Below are positions 40,364 to 51,407 of a DNA stretch of 64,000 nt, in pieces (the stretch's first letter is position 1; every line of letters starts with the position of its first letter). This stretch comes from Candidatus Heimdallarchaeota archaeon (GTDB taxonomy: Archaea; Asgardarchaeota; Wukongarchaeia; Wukongarchaeales; JBHIFL01), in NCBI GenBank assembly GCA_046761065.1, contig JBHIFL010000012.1:1-64000 (forward strand), in the 5' to 3' direction. Position numbers and translations under genes: made by a program. A model generated the notes under the pieces. That model was not told the origin of the DNA, did no database searches, and worked only from the letters and a program-made list of their open reading frames with translations.

Positions 40364-40403
40364 TTATTTCTTAACCTCCACTAAAATGATAACCCTGTTA
40401 GAG

Positions 40404-40961
40404 TTATTTTATTGCGACGTTCACGCCTTCGTCTGCTGGGGGTTTTGCTTTCTTTAATACGACTTCAAGCACGCCAAAGTTGTATGTCGCTTGGGCACTT
40501 TCAGGGATGATCTCTGCCGGGAGATCAATCACCTTTGAATACCTTCTCTCCCCCTGCGCAGCACTGATCCGTATGCGCTTCGCCTCTGTTCGGATTTGGA
40601 TATTTTCTTTCGCCACTCCAGGAACTTCCGCAATCACTCTAAGCGAATCTCCTAGATCATACACATCAATCAGTGGCTCTCTCTCTTTGCTCTCGGTATA
40701 TTCTCTTCCTGATTCAGGAGATTTTGATCCAAACCGTTGAATCCTTGGTATCCCGTCGGGTCCAATTGACACACTCCATCCCATCACAAAGGGATTTGCA
40801 AGGAATTTTTTAAACGCCTCATCAATTCGTTCCGCGTCCGATCCACTGACTCCTTCAAACCAGCGATTCAAACTCTCGTTGATCACTTTCCATAGATCCC
40901 CAAATGGAAAGTCCTCTGGCCACGGTTTCGGTTTCTTCTTCTTCTTGTCATCATCTGTCAT
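40404..40961 (-). CDS. hsp20: small heat-shock protein Hsp20
   Basis: IGPDGIP, EREPLIDV, AEVPGV, ATYNFGVLEV. Confidence 0.92.
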   Translation of the reverse strand: MTDDDKKKKKPKPWPEDFPFGDLWKVINESLNRWFEGVSGSDAERIDEAFKKFLANPFVMGWSVSIGPDGIPRIQRFGSKSPESGREYTESKEREPLIDVYDLGDSLRVIAEVPGVAKENIQIRTEAKRIRISAAQGERRYSKVIDLPAEIIPESAQATYNFGVLEVVLKKAKPPADEGVNVAIK

Positions 40962-41020
40962 TTTTGAATTCCCCTTGAAGTATAAATGTGATTTTGCCTG
41001 CCTCATATAAGCGATTTTTC

Positions 41021-41047
41021 TAGTTATTCACTATATGTGAATAACTA
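41021..41047. promoter_or_regulatory. perfect 11-5-11 inverted repeat, candidate heat-shock operator
   Basis: TAGTTATTCAC-TATAT-GTGAATAACTA upstream of the hsp20-cdc48-regulator genes. Confidence 0.6.
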
Positions 41048-41229
41048 TCTAATAAATGTGTCGGTGCGTGAAGGATCTCAACCTCTCTTCATACTCCGCT
41101 TAGTTAATACGAAACTTTTCCCCACAATACAATAGTGGATAGAATTTGATTGAAAGGATTGTCCAAGAAGTGAGATCTCATGAAGTTGAAGTAACTATTA
41201 AATAAATATTTACTATAATTAAAAGGAAA

Positions 41230-42051
41230 TCAAATGACACTACCTGCCAAAGTTATCATCGCGCGTACACCTTTCCATGCAATTAAATAATCTGTGTGCG
41301 TCAACTTTACCCGTGTGGGACTCACTCGCTCGGCAGAGGGCATTAAACTTGCCATTTCAGCCATGCCGGTATAGATGAACTCGAGATTGAAGGTAACTGG
41401 AGAAGCCGCCTTGTAGGGGATGAACTGGTGCGCATTTTCGGTTGCCAACTTCATCTTCGTCTTAATAAGTTGTTGCGCCTTTTTTGGATGCAAGCACTTT
41501 GCAGAGGTTCTTGTTTGAGCAATTTTTACTTCAACCATCTCTATATTAGGAATGAGTTTTCGAGCTTCTCGCACCACAACATTATCTCCACTCAATAATC
41601 CCACAGGAACTCCAAAATAACCTGCAATTCCTGCATTGATGGCTGTTTCTCCCGCTGGGTTGTCATTTATGGTAATTCCCCGTACTACCGTTCCACTGAT
41701 CGTATGCTCGAGCGTTGCGGTCATGGAATCCCGCCGGGCATGGTAACCTATAAAGGCAGCAAGATCAAAAGATGAATCAATCCCCTGCATCATCGTCAAG
41801 GGTTTCGGGGAGCCTGTGACCAATATCGCGTCTGGGTGCAGGTCCTCAATTAACAGGTTCCTCATCGTTCCATGAGCATCGTTTACACAAACCTCCGTAG
41901 CACCCCCTGCAAATGCCCCCTCAATTGCCGCATTCGTCTCACCTACCATTAATCGCCGCGCTTGTTCATACCCACTACCTTCGACACGTGTTTGTTCGCT
42001 GGAAACTACTCCACTGATTCCTTCCAGATCCACAGAAATGAAGATTTTCAT
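41230..42051 (-). CDS. dppA: M55-family D-aminopeptidase (DppA)
   Basis: MKIFISVDLEG, VNDAHG, GYH, EHT, SGD. Confidence 0.92.
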   Translation of the reverse strand: MKIFISVDLEGISGVVSSEQTRVEGSGYEQARRLMVGETNAAIEGAFAGGATEVCVNDAHGTMRNLLIEDLHPDAILVTGSPKPLTMMQGIDSSFDLAAFIGYHARRDSMTATLEHTISGTVVRGITINDNPAGETAINAGIAGYFGVPVGLLSGDNVVVREARKLIPNIEMVEVKIAQTRTSAKCLHPKKAQQLIKTKMKLATENAHQFIPYKAASPVTFNLEFIYTGMAEMASLMPSAERVSPTRVKLTHTDYLIAWKGVRAMITLAGSVI

Positions 42052-42468
42052 CGAATTTATTCCTCCAGAATATTTATACGAGATAACATTCAATGAACTA
42101 CTGAAAAGTGATATCATAAAATATATTCATAAGTTTACTTTGTACTCGACGTTCGCGAGAATAAAATGCAAACAGAATTTTGCCTCAAGCTTCAGTCTAT
42201 TATTTATAATAATTATTGTTTTAATTTATTAGTTATTAAGTAATTTGAAATAATTATTAAAATATTTAAAAAAACTATAACATTAGAAAAACCCGTTCTA
42301 AACACAAAAGAATTAAAAAAAGGTAAAACGACAGCGAATAACATTTGAATACTTATTTATGTAGGATACGTGATGAAATAATATCCTATTAGGATTTTAA
42401 CCAATAAAACAACGAATGCTCATTAAAGGAATATAAGCCGTAACAGCCAACATGGGCGGGATTGGGAT

Positions 42469-43473
42469 ATGAACACTGATAAACCATTACCAATAGTGCC
42501 TAATACCCTTTGCCTTGAAGAGGAATTTTGCCCAGAATGTGGGGAGACACGCCTAATTCGCGAGTGGACACGTGGAGAGATCGTTTGCACCAATTGTGGA
42601 CTTGTTGTTGCCACAACTTTAGATACTAATCCTGAATGGCGCGCATTTTCACATGAGGAAATGGAACAGACATGCCGTGTCGGGGCTCCGCTTTCTGCGC
42701 TAAGACCAGATTATGGACTTCAGACGCAAATAGGAGGGGTAAACCGAGATTCACGTGGAGCACCCCTTGCTGCGACCAAACGAATGCAAATGAACCGTTT
42801 ACGGCAAATAGATAGTAGAACAAAGCGATCTGAGATGAGGAATCTCCGGATCGCACTTCGTGAATTAAAACGCCTTTGCAGTCAGTTAGGGATTTCTAGA
42901 AAGGTAGCGGAAAGTGCTGCAATCTATTACCGGAAAGCCCTCAAAAAAGGTCTAGTTCGAGGACGATCAATTGATGGAATAACTGCCGCGGCGGTGTATT
43001 TGGCTGCGCGTAATCAAGGAACAACTTTAACTATACGTGATATTGTACAAAAGACCCGAATCACTTCGAAAGAGCTTGGACGTTGCGTTCGGGTGATTAT
43101 TGGAGAATTAGGATTAAAATCAAATCAGACGGATCCAAGAGTCTTTGTCCAGCGCCTCGGAAATGAACTAAAGCTGACAATGGATACACAAAAAAAAGCT
43201 ATAGAGCTCATTGAACAAGCGATAGAGAGCAACATCACCATTGGTAAGAATCCTATTAGCATTGCGGCCGCTACCCTCTATATTGCCTGTGTAAAGACCG
43301 GAGAGCGACGAACACAGCATCAAATAGCTAAAGCGGCGAATACTACCCCAGTGACCATTCGAAACCGATTCAAAGAGCTTGAAAAAAAATTAAAAATTAA
43401 AAACTTACTAGTGAAACGGGGAGCAGCCGCTATTCCGGTCTATCGATCAAAAAGTTGGCCGAATGGCGATTAA
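42469..43473 (+). CDS. tfb: transcription initiation factor IIB
   Basis: Zn ribbon CPECG...CTNCG, PEWRAF, two cyclin repeats, TIRNRFKEL. Confidence 0.95.
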   Translation: MNTDKPLPIVPNTLCLEEEFCPECGETRLIREWTRGEIVCTNCGLVVATTLDTNPEWRAFSHEEMEQTCRVGAPLSALRPDYGLQTQIGGVNRDSRGAPLAATKRMQMNRLRQIDSRTKRSEMRNLRIALRELKRLCSQLGISRKVAESAAIYYRKALKKGLVRGRSIDGITAAAVYLAARNQGTTLTIRDIVQKTRITSKELGRCVRVIIGELGLKSNQTDPRVFVQRLGNELKLTMDTQKKAIELIEQAIESNITIGKNPISIAAATLYIACVKTGERRTQHQIAKAANTTPVTIRNRFKELEKKLKIKNLLVKRGAAAIPVYRSKSWPNGD

Positions 43474-44141
43474 ATGAAAATTTTCGCTAGGAGTTCTCTA
43501 GTGGAATTAATGCGAGTTAAAAATTATTTAACATGGTGTTAGTAATTATTAACGATGAAAACTGGTTTCCAAGCCTCATCTGGTTCAATAACCTGTTTTT
43601 ATAAAGGCGGACGGCGAACAGCAATCATTACTCGATTCTTTGTAACCTCAAACTCTCGAATAATTGTTTCTCTCAGTTTATGTCGGTTAGCATTTTGAAA
43701 CAATTCAACTTTTCTAGGGTTTTCTAACGATTGAGAATGTAAATACTGCTGATTTCTGACAATTTTGCTTAATATACCAGTTTTAATCTTTTGAACAAAG
43801 ATTATAACCGTACTTACAATTGAGGTCATCTCAGTTCCGACCAAGTGAAGCTTTGAAAAAAACATATATAAGATTATTTCTAAATATAGATCAAAATCTA
43901 TATATAAGTAATATGGGAGGGTTCCTATTACCGTTCGAAAAATGTGTAATTGCACCTGTAGGTGTAACTGATACCTATAGAAGAATACGTTAAATCTGAG
44001 TTAAGCGAAAAATACATAAAATCTATTATTAGGAGGTGGGAAATGTATGTCATGATTGTTTCTTTGTGTTTAATTGTGTTAACTTTAAAGAGAGAAACGC
44101 ATCAACGAACAAAAACATAACTTTGGAAGCTGATCATTTAT

Positions 44142-44909
44142 TTATACGTTCAAATGATCGCGCTTCATCTCCTTCAACAAAGGAATTTCATTGAGTTTTT
44201 CTTGTGAGAGATATTTCCACAGAATCTTAGGTCTTTTTTTCCGGTTGAGGATTCGCAAGATCCGAGTTGGAGTTATTACCATATCTACAAGAAGATCCCA
44301 TGGTTCAATGTCTGCGATCTGTTGGTCAATTATTTGCATATCATGACAGGTTGTGAGATAAGGAGTTTCTTGAGTTAATTTTCCGATTTCAAGTAGAATG
44401 GCGCTCTCTAGTTCGGAGTATCCCTCTCCTTTTCCAATGCGATGTCCTTCTCGTGTCACGGCTACACAACCCATGACCTTCAGGTCAATAACTGGGAGAT
44501 CTGAAGGTGGGATTCTCTGGCCTAACTTGAATGCACCACGGATTGTTGAAGCGTCTGAGTACCTGTGTTCTGGGATTTTTTCGGAATGAATTAAAAGGAA
44601 CCCTGAACGGATTCGTGGGGTGGGCATGACTAAAATCTTTCTATCTTGTAGAGTTGCAAGGCGAACAGGACGTTGGGGTGAATCCGGATTCACAAGGATT
44701 ACTTGAGCCTGTGTATATTCGGGAATTGATCGGAGATATTGAGCTGCTTTAGAAGCCCCAACAAAATTCGGAATTCGGCCTTGGATCGGGTACGGAAAAC
44801 GTGCAAGTTTTTGCGCCTCAAGAAGGCGCCAGATCATTCCTCGGATTTCTTTTTTTGTGAGTTCCATTTGAACTCCTCTTAGAGAGAGGATTTTGATATA
44901 GTTCATCAA
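44142..44909 (-). CDS. 5-formyltetrahydrofolate cyclo-ligase family (MTHFSD-like)
   Basis: GRIPNFVG, NPDSPQ, RIGKGEGYSELE, ITPTR. Confidence 0.85.
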   Translation of the reverse strand: MMNYIKILSLRGVQMELTKKEIRGMIWRLLEAQKLARFPYPIQGRIPNFVGASKAAQYLRSIPEYTQAQVILVNPDSPQRPVRLATLQDRKILVMPTPRIRSGFLLIHSEKIPEHRYSDASTIRGAFKLGQRIPPSDLPVIDLKVMGCVAVTREGHRIGKGEGYSELESAILLEIGKLTQETPYLTTCHDMQIIDQQIADIEPWDLLVDMVITPTRILRILNRKKRPKILWKYLSQEKLNEIPLLKEMKRDHLNV

Positions 44910-45032
44910 GCTTTCAGAATCTCGTGAAGGCCGTGTTTTTCAATTAGTTACATAGAATATGTTTTATTTGTCTTCTTCGAGGGGCTTGCTTAAATATTCA
45001 ATGTTAGGTAATTGTTTTAGATGGGATGAAAG

Positions 45033-45392
45033 ATGAAAAACCGATTAGAAGCTTTTCGGCAGTATCGGGCAAAAATGAATAAGAAGATCATGGCGGAGGG
45101 CAATCGTTTTACTAAACGCTTGTTTAATCTGGATACGCGTATCTACGAAGAGGGCGCTTTATCGACCAAAATGAAGGAGATGTTAGGGTTAGTTGCTTCC
45201 ACCGTCTTACGCTGTGATGACTGTATTGCGTATCATGTAGCAAGGTGTGTTGAACTAGGAGTTTCGGATGCGGAGTTTTATGAGCTTTTTAACGTTGCGC
45301 TTGTTGTAGGGGGTTCGATAATTATCCCTCACTTTCGACGTGCAATTGAATTCCTTGAGGAATGCCGGCGCGCTAAACCACCATTGCTTTGA
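45033..45392 (+). CDS. carboxymuconolactone decarboxylase/AhpD-family protein
   Basis: KEMLGL...RCDDCIAYH...VGGSI. Confidence 0.88.
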   Translation: MKNRLEAFRQYRAKMNKKIMAEGNRFTKRLFNLDTRIYEEGALSTKMKEMLGLVASTVLRCDDCIAYHVARCVELGVSDAEFYELFNVALVVGGSIIIPHFRRAIEFLEECRRAKPPLL

Positions 45393-45594
45393 AGGACTTT
45401 AATATTATATATTGATAATCAGAAACACTACCAAGAACGTATAGGGGTAATGCAATAGCAATGAAATACCTAGAATCAAATCGAACCCAATTGGAACTAG
45501 ATGTTGCATAAAATAACAGATAGAAACCTTAGAGTGACTCCTAAGAAATTAACAGTGTTTAAGAACTGATCAATCCTTATGAGCGTCCATCAAA

Positions 45595-46563
45595 ATGCAA
45601 GTCAACCCAATACAATGCGAAAGCCTTGGAACAAGGAGTTTAGTAACACGAGTTGATACGCCCGATATTAAAATCCTTCTTGATCCAGGAATCGCTTTAG
45701 GGATTCGATTTGGGCACCTACCACACCCGATCGAGTATGAAATAACACAAAAAATCACCAAAAAACTTTGCTTCGAAATTGCAAGTGAAATTGATGTGGT
45801 ATTCATATCCCATTACCATAAAGACCACTATATTTCCTCTTCCTCGAACTATACTTTTCATTACCATTCGTTAGAATTGGCAGAAGCTCTTTATACTGAC
45901 AAGATCATCTATGCGAAACATCCAAGAGTAGATATCAATTACTCGCAAAAGAAACGAGGGTTTTTTTTTGAAAAAATGGTGTCAAACATAGCAAAACAGT
46001 TGATTTGGTGTGATGGCTTACAATTTGCAATTAATGACACTATAATTGAATTTTCCCCAGCAGTCTGGCATGGGACTGAGAATACACCACTAGGATTTGT
46101 CATTCAGTGTTGTATTATACATGATGACAAGCGTTTTGTGTTTGGGTCAGATTACCAGTGTCTTAATCAATCAGCGATTCGATGGACGCTCGCCAAAAGG
46201 CCAGATCTCTTACTAGTCGGGGGACCTCCGATCTACTTAAAAGACTATAAAATTAGAGAAGATGCATTAGATCTCGCTAAAAAGAATTTGATAGAGCTTA
46301 CTCAACAAATTCCTAGGGTTTTAGTTGACCATCATCTGTTAAGGAGTATAGAATGGAAAGATTGGTTAAAAGAGATCTCTACTGTAATCGAACAGGATAG
46401 ACGACATGTATGTGAATGTGTTGCAGATTATAAAGGTGTCCCCCCAAAGTTGCTAGAAGCCCAAAGAAAGCAGCTATATGAACAAGATCCACCAGATCGT
46501 AACTTTCTCAAGTGGACGAGATTACCAAAGAAAATCCGAGCAAAAAGCCCGCCTCCAATCTAG
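45595..46563 (+). CDS. archaeal MBL-fold hydrolase (UPF0282-like)
   Basis: ESLGTRS, SHYHKDH, GGPPIYL, DHHLLR, LEAQRK. Confidence 0.85.
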   Translation: MQVNPIQCESLGTRSLVTRVDTPDIKILLDPGIALGIRFGHLPHPIEYEITQKITKKLCFEIASEIDVVFISHYHKDHYISSSSNYTFHYHSLELAEALYTDKIIYAKHPRVDINYSQKKRGFFFEKMVSNIAKQLIWCDGLQFAINDTIIEFSPAVWHGTENTPLGFVIQCCIIHDDKRFVFGSDYQCLNQSAIRWTLAKRPDLLLVGGPPIYLKDYKIREDALDLAKKNLIELTQQIPRVLVDHHLLRSIEWKDWLKEISTVIEQDRRHVCECVADYKGVPPKLLEAQRKQLYEQDPPDRNFLKWTRLPKKIRAKSPPPI

Positions 46564-46576
46564 GTGTTTGGCAAGA

Positions 46577-47407
46577 TCATAACGGTGTAGAAAATAGAAT
46601 CACCAGTTCAAGAAGGTTCAGGTGGCGGAGAATTAAAGCCAATTTATTAATAGGAATATCAATAAGTTTGCTTAGCTCTGTGAGGCTTGCTATCTTATCT
46701 TTTAGGGTGAACATAAGCATGTCAATTTGGTCTTTCTCCAAAGATTCACGATCGAGCAGAAGTTGGAACCCCTTTGAAGAGACGTGAATGGAGTCGAATT
46801 GCTCAATTAGTCCAGAAGTCGTTGAAAAATAGTAATTAGTTGCCTCTTCTGTTAAAACTTGCAAGGAAGGGGGCGGAGGGGGATGTTTCCGTAATAGAGC
46901 CGGTCTTAACTCATCTTTAACCCGTTCAACAATAGGAACATGACCGGTTAAATCACTGCTTCCGTCCTGTATTACATGTAGGTACTCTTCTTCGAGGAAA
47001 AGAAGAATCTTCCGAAGGCTGGTGTGAAGCATCGGTGTATAATGAGTAGCCGCAGCTATTACCGCTAGATTTTCGCTCCAAACTAAAATGAAGGGTAACT
47101 CTCCACGCTTAACAATTTGACAATCTGTTTCATATGGAGCAAGTTCAGTTGAAAGCGTTCGTAGGGCTTCTCTAAGACGTTGAGGAGGAATGATAATGGT
47201 CTTTGAGGTATCAAAGTGATGTTTGAACATCACTTGATCTGATCCCTTCCTATTGACGACTAAATAGAAGAGATTGGTTTGTTCTGGGGCAGTTAACTCT
47301 TCAACCGGATCAGTCTTCGAAGTGGCTATCTTTTGTTCCTCTACTCCTTGGGGGATCCAACTCAATAGGGAGAGCCTCCACAACTCCGTGTGTTTCTGGA
47401 ACTGCAC
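46577..47407 (-). CDS. hypothetical protein, longin-like domain plus C-terminal winged helix
   Basis: Apparent beta-beta-alpha-beta-beta-beta-alpha pattern in the N-terminal half; SLTELSKLIDIPINKLALILRHL HTH. Confidence 0.5.
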   Translation of the reverse strand: MQFQKHTELWRLSLLSWIPQGVEEQKIATSKTDPVEELTAPEQTNLFYLVVNRKGSDQVMFKHHFDTSKTIIIPPQRLREALRTLSTELAPYETDCQIVKRGELPFILVWSENLAVIAAATHYTPMLHTSLRKILLFLEEEYLHVIQDGSSDLTGHVPIVERVKDELRPALLRKHPPPPPSLQVLTEEATNYYFSTTSGLIEQFDSIHVSSKGFQLLLDRESLEKDQIDMLMFTLKDKIASLTELSKLIDIPINKLALILRHLNLLELVILFSTPL

Positions 47408-47607
47408 ACTCCGGAGGATCTTGGTGTAATACCTAAAAGTTTGTTTTCATCCCTGAAAATTCATCAAACTCAAATGAAAAAAAAGTTCTGAAACGATCAA
47501 TCCCTCATTACGATCATCTTAGGGGATTGACTGATTTATTAAATAACTTTAAATCTCATCTCCTATTAAGTTTCTATCTAAATGATTGTTTATGTTTTTA
47601 TTTTGAG

Positions 47608-49341
47608 CTAAGATATGAAATCCGTGGAGAGTACTTGCCCTTTTCGGCTCCCATCACGATAGACTGTGACACCTTTGCAATGTAACTTATAAGCCAACCA
47701 ATAAACTTCCTCTATAGCCGATTTTGGTGCATCATGGGGGAAATTTACCGTTTTGGAGACAGCATTATCGGTATAATTCTGGAAAATGGCTTGCATTTGG
47801 ATATGTTGATGGGGGGAAATATCGTGTGCTGTTACAAACAACTCTTTGATATGAGGAGGTACTTCGTCTAAACCTTTTATTGAACCCCTAGCCTCTATGA
47901 TCTTTTGAATGAGTTCCTCACTATAGAAGCCTTCACTTATCGCGAGTTTTTTGAAAACTCGATTTATATCGATCAATTTTTCATTATCCAAAATATTCCG
48001 AACAAATGCAACGGAATAAAGCGGTTCAATTCCGCTTGAGCACCCCGCGATAATGCTGAGGGTACCCGTTGGCGCAATAGTAGTTACTGTGGCATTTCTC
48101 ATGAGAGGATGACCCGGTTTATCGTAAATACTCCCACGAAAATTAGGGAATGGGCCGCGATCATGAGCGAGTTCTTGGGATTTTTTCCGAGCTTCTTGGG
48201 AGATGAAGCTCATGACTTCTTCGGCGACTTCTAGAGCTCTGGGGGAGTTATAGGGCACTTTGATCTTGATAAGCATATCTGCAAATCCCATTACACCCAG
48301 CCCGATTTTCCGGTTCCCTTTGGTGATTTTATCGATTTCAGGCAGGGGATACTTATTTGCATCAATTACATTATCAAGGAAATGTACACCTAGTCTTATA
48401 ACCTCCCGTAGTCTAAAATAATTAATAGCCGGTTCCCCATAGACATTAAGATATACCATCTTAGAGAGATTGATAGAACCTAGCGTACACGATTCATATG
48501 GGAGGAGAGGTTGCTCCCCGCATGGATTGGTTGCTTCAATTTTTCCTATATGGGGAGTGGGATTCCCTTCATTGATATGGTCTAAGAAAACGACCCCGGG
48601 TTCCCCATTTTTCCAAGCCATTTCCACAAGTAGGTCCCACACCTCTTTGGCTCGAATCCGTTTGACCGGTTTTTTGGTCCGTGGGTTGATCAGCTCATAG
48701 TCACGATCTTCTTTCAAAGCGCGCATAAATTCTCCAGTTAACCCCACTGAGATGTTGAAATTAGTGAAGGCAGTCTCTTCATCTTTACAGGTGATGAATT
48801 CAATAATGTCGGGATTATTTACCTGCAAAATAGCCATGTTCGCGCCTCGCCGTGTCCCACCCTGTTTAATTACTTCTGTACTGACATTAAAGACTTTCAT
48901 GAAAGAAACAGCCCCAGAAGCAATACCCCCGGGTGATTTAACTCGATCATGCTTCGGTCGAAGGCGTGAAAATGAAAACCCAGTGCCTCCGCCACTTTTA
49001 TGAACTAAAGCCGTATATTTGACTGCATCAAAAATACTCTCAGTCGAGTCTTCGATAGGGAGAACAAAACATGCCGAGAGTTGCTGGAGCTCGCGGCCTG
49101 CATTCATGAGGGTAGGACTATTGGGAAGGAATTCTAAATTTGTCAAAATTTGTAAGAATGCCTTTTCTGTTTGCATAATTTCTTCTGAGGTATGACCGTA
49201 GAGTGCATCTGCAGATGCTATATTCTTAGCAACCCGTTGAAACATCTCTTCTGGGGTCTCAATTATATTCCCTTCCTCATCTTTTGCCAAATATCTTGAT
49301 TCTAATACTTTCAGGGCATTTTCAGACAGTTCCAGCTTCAT
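47608..49341 (-). CDS. nrdJ: class II (B12-dependent) ribonucleotide reductase
   Basis: PNSPTLMNAG, SACFV, TNPCGEQPL, CTLGS, IAPTGT, YRDGSR. Confidence 0.95.
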   Translation of the reverse strand: MKLELSENALKVLESRYLAKDEEGNIIETPEEMFQRVAKNIASADALYGHTSEEIMQTEKAFLQILTNLEFLPNSPTLMNAGRELQQLSACFVLPIEDSTESIFDAVKYTALVHKSGGGTGFSFSRLRPKHDRVKSPGGIASGAVSFMKVFNVSTEVIKQGGTRRGANMAILQVNNPDIIEFITCKDEETAFTNFNISVGLTGEFMRALKEDRDYELINPRTKKPVKRIRAKEVWDLLVEMAWKNGEPGVVFLDHINEGNPTPHIGKIEATNPCGEQPLLPYESCTLGSINLSKMVYLNVYGEPAINYFRLREVIRLGVHFLDNVIDANKYPLPEIDKITKGNRKIGLGVMGFADMLIKIKVPYNSPRALEVAEEVMSFISQEARKKSQELAHDRGPFPNFRGSIYDKPGHPLMRNATVTTIAPTGTLSIIAGCSSGIEPLYSVAFVRNILDNEKLIDINRVFKKLAISEGFYSEELIQKIIEARGSIKGLDEVPPHIKELFVTAHDISPHQHIQMQAIFQNYTDNAVSKTVNFPHDAPKSAIEEVYWLAYKLHCKGVTVYRDGSRKGQVLSTDFIS

Positions 49342-50094
49342 TACCAGTTCACTCCTTATTTAATTTGATAAGCTCGAATCTCGTCCTAGAGAGTTTAAGT
49401 GTGTTGATTAATATTTATTTTACATCAAAGGATGTTTATTTCGAGTTATAAGTCTCTGCAACGATTTTGGGATTAATCTTAACTCGATGGGATATCCTAG
49501 ATTATCTTTGGCTTTAGTGGTCTCCTCCAAGGTGCGGCCTTTTTTGGTAAATTTTTATTAACCCTATTTGTGTATTTATTAATTGTGCATAGAGTTTTTG
49601 GAACAAGCGATCCGAAATTGTTATGGATGGAATATTCAATTCGACAAAAAATATTTCTTAAGGTATAAGGGCAGTTCATTACTTGATTCCCTCTAAATTT
49701 AAAAAAATAAAAGTTAGGGTTAAAGTTCATTATAATTTTCGATTTTATATTTTCCATAGGGAACTATATAAAACCTTGACAATCGAGATTCCCTTTTAAC
49801 TTTCATAAATTTTTTTCATATGAAACACTCTTTGAAGCTGGATCCACTCTCTTATGGGTGGCATTGTATTCAATAGTTTCAGATAAAAACTTAAGAAAAA
49901 GCATAAGAAATTTATTAATAAATTCTAAACCTTGATGTTAAATTATGGAAGAACTTAAGGAGAGCATAAAAGGCATTACACTAGTCTCAGAAGTCCTAAA
50001 TGTCATGAGACAAGCTATATCTACGTATTTGGCTATACCTTGCTGTTTTTAGTAGGGTAGATCGTAAAATGAAATATAGAGAAGGTGTAAGGCC

Positions 50095-51372
50095 ATGAAC
50101 ACCCTAATGAATATGAAGCTTCAAGAGATCCGAGAACAATTTAAACAAGACACCTTTGATGAAGTCCAAAAGGCAAAAGCGCAGGGAGAGAAGCTAATTA
50201 AAATTATAAAAAAACAAATACGAGATCTTCAACAAACTTGTAACGCCTTATTACAGGATACTGAATCCCAATTAGCAAAAGGCCAAGAAAAGTTATCAAA
50301 AACCCGTAAAGGGGGGGACTATTGGCGAACAGTAAAACTTGCTAATGAAATGGGGAAGATAACTCTAGAAGGGATTGAATCGTTAGAATTGCCCGAAAAA
50401 GTCTCATATGAAGCCCTTAGAAATCTGGCAAATAGTATTCCCCCAGTTTTGACTAAAGTCATTAAGACAAAGAGCGCATATGATCCCTATATCACTCCTT
50501 ATTTTATTCGAGCTAGGAGAAGCATAGGGGCTTCAATCGGGAAACTTCAAGACTTTGTGAAAGAAATTGGGGAGTTCACATCCTCCACGTATCGAAGGGT
50601 TCGACACATCGAAAAAACGTTAGAAGGGATAGATCGACTTGAGATCTTATTTGACAGCCTTCCGCCTATCGAAATCGTTCAAGCACAGGAAAAAGCGCAG
50701 GTTGAGGAATTGACACGAAAAATAAGGAAACAGGAAGAGGAGCTCACGAAGCTTCACAAAGAAGAATTAATTGAAGCCACATCTAATATAGACCAAGAGA
50801 TAAGATCCCTTGAACTTAAGGCATTTATGAAGCTCAGAGTATTTCGTGATCCACTAAAAAAACTGCTTTACCGCTCAAAAGGTGGCAGCGGACTCTCGCT
50901 AGAGGTAAAGGAGTTAGCAGAAGGTTATATGGAACACACTCTTGAGAGCTTTGAAGCAGAAGAATTGGGCCATTCGGGCCTATCTAAACTCTTGCAAGCC
51001 CTCAAAATTTCCTTGGAACAGGAGGCAGTATCGCTCAAAAAGCGTAAAGAAGAAAGGATAATGAAAATAATTGATGAAATCCTTAATAAGGATGTTCTTT
51101 GTAAAATCCAAGAGAATATCACCGAATTAAAAACCAGAAAGCAGAAAATGACAGAAACTGAGCAATATCGGGCCCTGAAAAGTCGAGAGAATGCGATCCA
51201 GGTGCAAATTCAGGAGTTGACAGATACGCGAGCAAAAAAGGAAATTAAGATTGAGAAAATAGAAAAAGAAAAGTGCAAAAAACTTCAACAAATTGATCGA
51301 TTAATCCAACGAATCACCGAGAATATTTACACGTTAACAGAAAAACGTGTGTCAATTGCTATGAATTTATAA
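50095..51372 (+). CDS. coiled-coil hypothetical protein
   Basis: 425-aa K/E/Q/L-rich ORF with heptad character. Confidence 0.75.
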   Translation: MNTLMNMKLQEIREQFKQDTFDEVQKAKAQGEKLIKIIKKQIRDLQQTCNALLQDTESQLAKGQEKLSKTRKGGDYWRTVKLANEMGKITLEGIESLELPEKVSYEALRNLANSIPPVLTKVIKTKSAYDPYITPYFIRARRSIGASIGKLQDFVKEIGEFTSSTYRRVRHIEKTLEGIDRLEILFDSLPPIEIVQAQEKAQVEELTRKIRKQEEELTKLHKEELIEATSNIDQEIRSLELKAFMKLRVFRDPLKKLLYRSKGGSGLSLEVKELAEGYMEHTLESFEAEELGHSGLSKLLQALKISLEQEAVSLKKRKEERIMKIIDEILNKDVLCKIQENITELKTRKQKMTETEQYRALKSRENAIQVQIQELTDTRAKKEIKIEKIEKEKCKKLQQIDRLIQRITENIYTLTEKRVSIAMNL

Positions 51373-51407
51373 GCCTCGTAAAAACCATTGATTTTCGATT
51401 CAATAAA

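Noticed and set aside
43474-44141. ORF 43599-43955 or a replication origin in the AT-rich gap
   Set aside because: The translation has no recognisable motifs, I saw no repeated ORB-like boxes, and there is no cdc6/orc1 nearby.
49342-50094. ORF 49497-49757 in an AT-rich intergenic region
   Set aside because: It is a low-complexity translation, more likely divergent promoter DNA.
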